Position numbers and translations under genes: made by a program | Assembly: GCA_043750125.1 (NCBI GenBank) | Contig: JAYVCD010000452.1 | Location: 1-18,933, forward strand | Reading direction: 5' to 3' | From: Archangiaceae bacterium | GTDB taxonomy: Bacteria > Myxococcota > Myxococcia > Myxococcales > Myxococcaceae | Length of the DNA: 18,933 bases | Shown here: positions 1 to 8,500 of the stretch, in pieces | Position numbering within the stretch: the stretch's first letter is position 1 | Layout of the letters: each line of letters opens with the position of its first letter | The notes under the pieces: generated by a model | Database searches by the model: none | Seen by the model: the letters and a program-made list of their open reading frames with translations, nothing else | What the model was told of the DNA's origin: nothing

Positions 1-24
1 TAGATCGGCACATGTGCCGATCTA
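1..24. repeat. Perfect 24-bp palindrome TAGATCGGCACATGTGCCGATCTA
   Basis: Bases 1-12 (TAGATCGGCACA) are the exact reverse complement of 13-24 (TGTGCCGATCTA). It may extend beyond the window edge. Confidence 0.95.
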
Positions 25-128
25 CCGGCGCGAAGAATACGTCCTGAAACATTTGAAGCAGCTGACGAGGCTCACCGTCAACACCCGCGCCATCAGCATT
101 TCGCTGGGGCCTCACTGGGGGCAGACGG

Positions 129-806
129 ATGCCGGACGCAATTGAAGGTCAGTCGTCGACGATTCGGGTGGAGGTGGACGCAGCCCTGAAGGCGAAATGG
201 GAGGCGAACAAGGAAAAGATTTCCGAAGCGCAGCGCGGGGGCGCCGAGTCCTTCATCGTGCTTTGGAAATCGGTCACAGAGGTCGTCGAATCAACGCCTC
301 CCCTATATCTGGCGGCGGGGTTCGTCTCCGCGACCGCTTTTGCCGAGAAGTTCCTCAAGGTGCCGATGCGCACGGCAAAGCGAAACATGGAGGTCGCGCG
401 CGTCGCATCTCGTGCCGAGGTCGAGCGCTACGGGATCAGTAAGTTGGACTCGGCGGTGAATCTGTTGAGCGTGGACACTCCTTCGTTCGACAAGATTCGG
501 GTCGCGGTGGAACGCAAAGGCAAGCCGAGCAAGGTCAGCATCGAAGAGGCGAACATCGATGAGATCCGACTGGCGGTTCGGAACCTGCGCCCGAAAAAGC
601 CGGGGCCGATCAAGAGCCGCAACCCCGCCGCCGCCTTGCTGAACAAGGCGATGACCGATGGGAAGCTCAAGGGCGTGACGGTGGTACTGGCCAGGTCGGG
701 GATCACCTTCCGCGGGCTGGGGTTGGAAGACCTTCAGTCGCTGGCCGGAATCCTCGCCCGGGTCAAGTTGCCAGGAAGTCGGCCGGTGCTGAGGCGCGTC
801 GCGTAG
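129..806 (+). CDS. Hypothetical protein, 225 aa, basic, possibly DNA-binding (helical N-terminal region, DUF3102-like feel)
   Basis: Natural amino-acid composition, GC-rich third codon positions and a downstream terminator support a real gene. The segment LYLAAGFVSATAFAEKFLKVPMRTAKRNMEVA resembles HTH-like regions of mobile-element-associated proteins. Function is not established. Confidence 0.75.
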   Translation: MPDAIEGQSSTIRVEVDAALKAKWEANKEKISEAQRGGAESFIVLWKSVTEVVESTPPLYLAAGFVSATAFAEKFLKVPMRTAKRNMEVARVASRAEVERYGISKLDSAVNLLSVDTPSFDKIRVAVERKGKPSKVSIEEANIDEIRLAVRNLRPKKPGPIKSRNPAAALLNKAMTDGKLKGVTVVLARSGITFRGLGLEDLQSLAGILARVKLPGSRPVLRRVA

Positions 807-829
807 GTTGATTTCGGCCAGGTGAGCTC

Positions 830-871
830 GCAGGCGCGCCGCAATGGGCAAGGGCGGCGCGCCTGCTTTTT
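830..871 (+). terminator. Rho-independent terminator
   Basis: 13-bp perfect stem GCAGGCGCGCCGC (830-842) / GCGGCGCGCCTGC (854-866), 11-nt loop, then TTTTT (867-871). It starts 24 nt after the stop at 806. Confidence 0.8.
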
Positions 872-1067
872 CCCGGCCTGGCGCAGGAAGAGGCCGGGCA
901 AAAGAAGCACGTGCCGCCGGTGGGTCAAGCAGCAGCTCAAGAGCTGGGACTGAAGGGCGGCCTCACATTCCTGAGACGGGCTTGGGAATGCGAAGCGCAC
1001 CGAACAGAAAGAGGTCGACGTTTCGGTAGGTTCGCGGTGGTGTGTCCCTTGCGGCCCGCCGCGGTGA

Positions 1068-1576
1068 ATGAACGTCCCTCGATGTGCAATTTGGGTTCTC
1101 TTCGGGCTTGGCCTGGGCGGCTGCAAGCTGAGTACCTCAACGACCCTTCGTTTCGTCGCAACGCGCTGGTTGGCTCGCTTCAAAATCCTTCCAACAGCTA
1201 TTCGCAGCAGCGCCTGGGCTCGCATGCGCTGCAGACCCGCGGGTGGGACCTGCTGCCCGAATGGAATCCGCGCTCGGTCCGACTGCGGGCGGATTTTTTG
1301 AAGGGCGATGGCGAGGTCGCACCGTTGTGGGACGGGGTCAAACCGCAGACTCCACAGGCCTGGATTGCACTGGGGAAAGAAGTCTTCTTCGCCTACCCGC
1401 TTCGGGCCGAGCCGCTGGTCGAGTTCGCCGTCGCTCACCCCCAGCTTGCAGAAGCAGTGGGGCTCGAGCGCACTGCCGAGGGCGCGTACGTGGGGCCGGT
1501 GAAGGGCCATGCCTTCGGCACCGATTGGCCACAGGAAGATCGCACCGCGGTCATCGCCTGGATGCGCACGCTCTGA
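1068..1576 (+). pseudogene. Probable degraded lipoprotein gene of a cytochrome c/RoxA-like type (frameshift plus internal deletion)
   Basis: Frame 1068 encodes a signal peptide and lipobox (MNVPRCAIWVLFGLGLGG-C). Protein-like sequence continues in another frame from about 1128 (AEYLNDPSFRRNAL...WDLLPEWNPRS...LGKEVFFAYPLRAE). It ends with GHAFGTDWPQEDRTAVIAWMRTL, the C-terminal motif of RoxA/di-heme cytochrome c-like proteins, yet has no CxxCH. Confidence 0.55.
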
Positions 1577-1672
1577 TCAGGGACAAGCCCGCAGCGCGAC
1601 CATCACCCACCCGCCGAAGAAACAGCTGAGGAAGAAGAAGACGACGCCCGCGATGATCCAGCCCTTGCTCAC
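1577..1672 (-). CDS. Small single-pass membrane peptide, 31 aa (MSKGWIIAGVVFFFLSCFFGGWVMVALRACP)
   Basis: The GTG start overlaps the methyltransferase stop (GTGA, 1669-1672). Most codons end in G/C and there is one continuous hydrophobic stretch. It is below the ORF-track size cutoff. Confidence 0.6.
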   Translation of the reverse strand: MSKGWIIAGVVFFFLSCFFGGWVMVALRACP

Positions 1673-2547
1673 ACCGCGATGTGGCGCAGCTTCATCTGAA
1701 CGTCAGAAGACCAGTGGTTGGCAAACGCGCGCACGCAAGTCGACAGGTAGCGCTCGTAGTTGTTCCACACCGTCTGCCCATCGCTCATCTTCGTCGCGCC
1801 CCACTTCTCTTTGATCTTCTTCTCGTTGAGGCGCAGGCGGCGCAGCCATTCGGCAGTGGTCTTCCCGTAGTCCTCGCGGCGGGTCTTGAGCTCGATGATT
1901 TCCCAGCTCTGTCCGCAGGCGGTGACCAGCTCTTCGAGCCGGGGGTTGAGGCCGCCGGGGAAGATCACGTCGGCGGTGAACTTCAGATCTTCGAGATCCT
2001 TTCGGGTGCGCGGAACGCGGTTGCGCAAGATGGCCTGAAAGCCGAAGCAGGCGCCGGGCTTCACCCAGCTCGCGAGCTTGTTGAAGTACTCGCGGTAGAT
2101 AGGCACCGACAGACCTTCTTGCTGCTGCTTCGGCGAGACGAGGTGGTCGATCATCTCGATCGACACCAGCGCGTCGTACTTCTCGGCCGGCGCGTAATCC
2201 TTGTAGTCGACGCACCAGGTGGTGACGCCCGGCAGCTTCCGGGTGGTGAGCTCGTCATGCTGGGCGCGCGAGAGCGTGATCCCGTGCGAGCGCTTCACCT
2301 TCTTGTCCAGCGCGAGGTACTCGAGGTTCGCGCCCCAGCCGCAGCCGACATCGAGCACCAGCGAATCGGCGGTCACCTCGGCGAAGTCGGCGAGGATCCG
2401 GCTCTTGTTCACCTGCGCCTGCTCGAGCGTGGTGTTCTTTTCGTCGTAGACGGCCGACGTGTAGTGCATGCGCTCGTCGAGCCAGAGGCGAAAAAACTCG
2501 TTCGAGATGTCGTAGCCGACTTCGACTTCTTCACGGGTGGAGGTCAT
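1669..2547 (-). CDS. SAM-dependent lipid methyltransferase, CMAS/Cfa family
   Basis: YDISNEFFRLWLD, SAM motif VLDVGCGWG, GITLSRAQ, IFPGG and DYGKTTAEW are signature motifs of the cyclopropane synthase / mycolic acid methyltransferase family. Confidence 0.92.
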   Translation of the reverse strand: MTSTREEVEVGYDISNEFFRLWLDERMHYTSAVYDEKNTTLEQAQVNKSRILADFAEVTADSLVLDVGCGWGANLEYLALDKKVKRSHGITLSRAQHDELTTRKLPGVTTWCVDYKDYAPAEKYDALVSIEMIDHLVSPKQQQEGLSVPIYREYFNKLASWVKPGACFGFQAILRNRVPRTRKDLEDLKFTADVIFPGGLNPRLEELVTACGQSWEIIELKTRREDYGKTTAEWLRRLRLNEKKIKEKWGATKMSDGQTVWNNYERYLSTCVRAFANHWSSDVQMKLRHIAV

Positions 2548-2584
2548 GGGTTTGCCTTCTGTAAGAGGACTGCGTTGTTTCGAT

Positions 2585-5500
2585 TCAGGCGACGGCTTCC
2601 ATCTCGCGGGTCAGCCGCTTCAGCTCTGCCGAGACGATGTCGGCGGTTTTCTTCAGCTGCTCTTCGCTGTGCAGACTGCTGACGAAGAAACGAAGGCGCG
2701 CGAGGTGCTCTTCGACCGCAGGGTATAAAATCGGCTGCACGTTGATCCCCCGGTCTTTGAGCGCATCGGACAGCTGCAGGCAGAGCACCGAATTGCCGAC
2801 AATCGCCGGCACCACCGCCGAGTCTTTCGACAGCCCGGTATCGATGTCGCGTTCTTTGAGCAGCTTCAAGAACAGCTTGGCGTTGTTCTGCAGCCTCTTC
2901 ACCCGCTCGGGGTGGGCTTCGAGCTGACGAAGGGCCGCCAGCGCCGCCGCCGCATTCGGAGGGCTGATGCCTACCGAGTAGACGAAGCCGGGCGTGGTGT
3001 ACTTGAGGTACTCGACCAGCGCGGTGGTGCCGGCGATGTAGCCGCCGCAGCTGGCGAACGATTTGCTCAACGTCCCCATCCACAGGTCCACGTCGCTGCG
3101 GACAACGTCGTAGTACTCGCCGATGCCGTGGCCGGTCTTGCCGATGACTCCGGCCGAGTGGGCTTCGTCGACGAGCAGCAAGGCCTGGTGCTTCTTCTTC
3201 ACCGCGATGAACTTCGGCAAATCAGGAATGTCGCCGTCCATCGAGTAGGTGCCTTCGATGCAGACCAGCACCCGGCGGTAATGCGGTCGCAGCGAAGTGA
3301 GCGCGCGGTCGAGCGCCTCGAAGTCGTTGTGGGGGAAGGGCCGTCGCTTGGCACCGGACAAGCGGGCGCCTCCGATGATCGAGTCGTGCGCGAGGGCGTC
3401 GTGGAGAATCAAGTCTCCGGGCCCCACGATGTGGCCGATGACGGTGACGTTGGTCGCGTGACCCGAGACGAAGACCAGCGACGACTCGGTGCCGAAGAAG
3501 CGGGCCAGCTCTCTCTCGAGCTCGCCGGTCAGCGGCTTCTCACCCGAGGCCACACGGCTGGCCGAGACCGACGTTCCGTAGGTGTCGATCGCGGCTTTCG
3601 CGGCGGTCGAGACCACCGGGTCCCCCGAGTTGCCGACGTAGTTGTAGGACGAGAAGTTGATCATCGACTTCCCGTTCACCACCGTGGTGTCACCGCAGAT
3701 CGCCTCGTGAACGCTGAAGTACGGGTTCTTCAAGCCGAACGCGGCCGCCATCTCGATTCGCTCTTGAAGCTCGGTGTACTCGGGGAATTTGTCGAAGCGA
3801 TAAGTCGACTCGTCCGCCGCTCCCTCTCGACCCGGCGCCTCGGCCTCGGACGCTGCTGCTTCGGGGGCCTTCTTCGCGGCGGCCGCGGCGACGAACTGGG
3901 GATCGCGCTGCTTGAATTCGGCCTCGACCCCTTCCATCACCGCGAGCAGCTTCCCGCTCGAATCCGTCCACGAGAGGGTGCCGCGCATCAAATCGCCGGT
4001 CGCCGCCTCGAAGACCGCGGTGCACAGCACGGGCGCGGCGCCGAAGGGGTGCAGCTGGGTGAAGCGCTTGAAGCCCAGCGGAAAGCCGGCGCGCTGATGC
4101 TTGACCCACGCCCAATAGCCGGCGAGCTGGAAGCTCGAATCGAGCAACAGCGGGTCCACCGTCCACGCGCTGCGCAGCGGGTCTTTGACCCAGTCCGACG
4201 GACGGCAGCCCTTGACCCAGCCGCTGACGCCGGTCTCGGTGAGGCCTTCGATGCTGACGATTCCGCGCAGCCGCGGGCCGTGGAAGGTGAAGCCCGAGTA
4301 GAACTCTTCGAGCGACATCGGCAGCGAGTCGTACGCGGGAAGCTGCGGCACGGGCGGAAGCTCTTTCGCGTCGACCGCGGCGCGCACCAGACCCCGGTAG
4401 CTGTCGGTGCCGGCCTGCCGCAGCGTCACGCGCTGGCCTTCGGCGCTCTGGGCCACGTCGGCGGAAAGCCAGAGGGTGTCATTGACCAGCACCGGCTTGA
4501 GCAGCTTGAAATCTTCGATGCTGAAGCCTTCGGTTCCCCCTCGCGCGTCGAGCGCAGCGGCGGCGAGATGATCCACTGCGGCGGCCAGGGGCAGCACGCG
4601 CTGGCCGGCCATCTGGTGATCATCGAGATAGACGTGAGTCTTCGGTGAGACCGGGAACTTCGAGACGTGGTGGGCGGACGGCGCGGTGACTTCTCGGCCG
4701 ATCAACACTTCGCCGGTGCCGCGCTCGACCTCGGTGAGGAAGCTGGCCAACCCTTCTTCGTCGGTGAGAAAGGTGACGCCCTGCTCGATCATTTCGCGCT
4801 TTTTGAACCCGGGGATCCGCTGCGCCATCGCGCTGTCTTCCCAGGGCGGAAAGTCGATCGTCACGCACCGTACGGAAGGCCGCGTGCGTTGCGAGAGTGC
4901 GGCGAGCATCGCGTTGGCCGACGCGTAGTCGGTCTGACCGGCGTTGCCGAAGCGTCCAGCCCAGGATCCCACTCCGACGAACAGCTTCAGCGCCGAGGTG
5001 GCGTCGAGCAGCGCGATCGCTCCGCCCACTTTGGGCTCGAGCACGGCGTCGAGTCCGGCGGCGTCTTTCTTCGCCACCAGCGAATCGGCGATCACCCCGG
5101 CCGCATGCACGATGGCGTCGATTTTCCCGAAGGCCGCTTTGACCGCGGCGACGCCGTCGTTCACGCTCTTCGTCGAGCGCGCGTCGAGCACCTGATAGCT
5201 GCACTCGCGCGCCCCGTCGCTCTTCACCGACGCGCACGCTTTGAGCGTCTCGTCGCTTGCCGCCGAACGACCCGCGAGCACGATGGCGCAGTGGTATTTC
5301 GAGCCGAGCGCGCGGGCAAATTTCAGCCCCAGGCCCCTGGCTCCACCGGTGACGAGCACGACCGATTGGGCATCGAGCGCCGCCGCGACGGGGCCGGACG
5401 CCCGAGCTTCCTTCAGCTCGGACGTGACCCGGCCGCCGCTCGAGTAGCCGACCTCGACCCGGCGATCGGCCGACACCAGCTCATCGAACAACGCCTGCGC

Positions 5501-8500
5501 GATCGCTTCGGCGCCCAGCGCGAGCTCAACGTCGATCGCCTTGACCACCGCGTCCGGCCATTCCTGCGCCAGGGCCCGGGTGAAGGCCAGCGCTCCGACC
5601 TGGCCCAGCGCTTCGCGTCCTCCGCCGGCCGACGACAGCCGGCCGCCCAGTGCCGCGACGGTGAGGAACAGCCGGGCCTCGGGGCCGACCTTGTTCGCCA
5701 TCGCCAATACCCGCCGGGTCGCGACGCGGTAATCGTTGTCGCGCGGCGTGAGGTCGGCGAGGTGAATGACGCCTGCGAAGCTTCCTGCGGTGGTCGCATC
5801 GCCAAGCACCGCTTCGATTCCGCGTGCGGTCAATCGGGTGGCGAGCGCCTTGCCGACCCCGTGGGCATCGACGGTGATCAACACCGGACGATCAAATGAG
5901 AGAACCGACTCGCGCAGGGGACGCAGCGGAGCGGCCAGCGCGACCGGCACGTAGCGCGAAATGGGAGCCGTTGACTTGCTGTCCACCGTCAGCTCGGTCG
6001 GCTTGGCGAGCGCGCCGACGATGTGGTTGATGACCGCGGCGATGGTGGTGGTCTTGTTGAACAGCTCTCGCGGCAGACCGCCCAGCTTCGGCCAGGCCTT
6101 CGCCACATCGCCGTCGAGCTCGACCAGCATCAACGAGTCGAAGCCGAGCTCACCGGTGAGCGCCTGTTCCATCTTCAGTGCGGCTGCGGGGAACGCGCTG
6201 ATCCGCGCGACGGACGCGAGGATCTTCGCTTCGACCTGGGGGCGAACGTCTTCGACGACCGGCGGCCGCGGCTCTTTTGGCGCCACCATGTTCGAGAAGT
6301 TCGGCGGCTTGATCGCCACCGGCAGCTTCTGCGCGGCCGCGAGCGAGGCGGCGGCTCCGGGGTTTCCACTGGCGACGGCCTGCAGCGCCGCGGCCTGGGC
6401 CTTGAGGATTTCTCCTTGCTGGGTCAGCAAAGCCATCTGCTCGCGGAAGAGGCTGACGAGGGAATCCATGGGTGCTCCGGTCTTGGTGGCCGAAAAGGAA
6501 GAGGGGCGTGCGGAAGGGGCACTGGGTCGGGCGGGAGCCACGGTGCGTGGCGCTCGCTGAGCCGGGCGTTCGATGCCCCAATAGGTTTGAGTCTCGAGGG
6601 GAGAAGGCGGCAACATCACCAGTCGGGCGTCGCTGCCCTCGAGCAGCGCTGCAGCGTTGAGCGGAACTCCACGGACCCACAGCTGCGCCAGGGTGGTGAG
6701 CAGCTGCGCCCCCCCATCGCCTCCCTCGGCTGAACCCAAAGAGAAGAACGCGCTGTCTTTTCCGGCCGCGCCGCGGGCGAAGGACAGCAGCGTGTTTCCC
6801 GCGCCCACCTGGATGAACAGCTTGCAGCCCTGAGCGACAACGGTCTCGAGCGCCGAGACGAAGTCGACCGGAGCGGTCGCGTGATCCACCCAGATGTCTC
6901 GCGCCTCGTCGACCGAGGTGTACAGGCCCCCTGAGATGCACGAGGCGATCGCCGTTGCCGGGGGCGAGAGCACGAGCCGCGCGACGATGCGGCGCATTCC
7001 GTCGTCGACGCCTTCCATCAGCGGCGAATGAAAAGCGTGCGAGACCTCGAGCTGCGCGGTCTTGAGCCCGTTGGCCTCGAGCTTCTTTTTCGCCGCCGCG
7101 ATCGACGCGGTGTGGCCCGAGAGCACCAGCTGGGTCGGGTGGTTGTGATTGGCCAGCCAGACATTGTTCAGGCCCGCGAGTAGCGGTTCGACCAGCGTGC
7201 GCTCGGCCATCACTGCGAGCATCGCGCCCGGATCTTTGAGGCCGAGCTTGTTCATCAGCTGGCCCCGGCGCGCCACCAACCGCACTGCGTCCTCGGCGGG
7301 CAGCATTCCGGCGACGGAGGACGCGACGAATTCTCCGAGGCTGTGGCCCAGGACCACGGTCGGCTCGACCCCCAATTCCTTGAGCCACTGTCCCAGCGCG
7401 AGGCCGAGCGCGGCCATCGCCGGCTGACAGACTTCGGTGCGGGTCAGCAGCGCCTGCGCTTCGACTTCGTCGTACGGCTCGGCGGGGTACAGCGCGGCGA
7501 GCAGGGAAGCGCCGGCGTCATGTTGCACCGCTCCGTCCAGCGACTTGAGCCGCCGAGCGACCGCGGGGAAGCGCGAGACGACATCGCGCAGCAACCCCAC
7601 CCGCTGGGCGCCCTGGCCGGGAAAGAGGAACGCGACCTGCCGCGCCGAGGCGTCGAGCACGGTGCCGAATGTGCCAGAGTCTTCACCTTTGACGAAGGCC
7701 TCGAGCCGCTCGATGAGTTGGGCGCGACCCTGGGCCACGATCGCCAACCGGACATCGAAGCTCTGCCTCTGGGCGAGGGTGAGCGCCACGTCCGCACACG
7801 AGAGCTGAAGGGTCGCAATCTGCTCGGCCACTTCGGCGGCGTAGGTCCGCAGCAGATCCTCGTTGGCCGCAGAGAAACAGAACAGCTGGGGGTGCTCGAC
7901 TTCGGAAGAGCTGACGGGCGGCGCCTCTTCGAGCAGCACGTGGGCGTTGGTTCCTCCGAACCCGAAGCTCGATACTGCCGCGCGCCGCGGATGCTTTGGG
8001 CTCGCCTTCCAGTCGAGCTCGGACTGCGCGATCTGAAAGGGTGAGCTCTCGAGCTCGAGCGAGGGGTTGAGCTCTTCACAGGAAGGCTGGGGAGGAATCG
8101 TGCGGTGGTGGAGCACGAGCGCGGCCTTGATGAAGCCTGCGACGCCCGCGGCCGACATGGTGTGGCCGATGTTGGCCTTGATGCTCGAGAGGTAGCAGTA
8201 CGGCTCATCGAGCGGGGTTTTGGCGCGGGCCTGAAAGAAGGACTTCAGCGCGCCGACTTCGGTCGCATCGCCGACGGTGGTGGCAGTGCCGTGGGTCTCG
8301 ACGAAGCCGATCGTCTCGACCGGGAAATCGAGGTCGCGGTGCGCGCGGCCCATGGCGGCGATCTGCCCTTCGGCGCGCGGGGTCATCGGGCCATCGCCGC
8401 GCCCGTCGTTGTTGCAGCCGCTGCCCTTGATCACGGCCCAGATGCGATCGCCATCGCGGCGCGCGTCTTCGAGCTTCTTCAGCATCACCATCCCCACGCC

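Noticed and set aside
2585-3810. Calling the C-terminal domain bioF (biotin synthesis)
   Set aside because: Same enzyme family, but it is fused to a PKS, no bio genes are nearby and the context is long-chain lipid.
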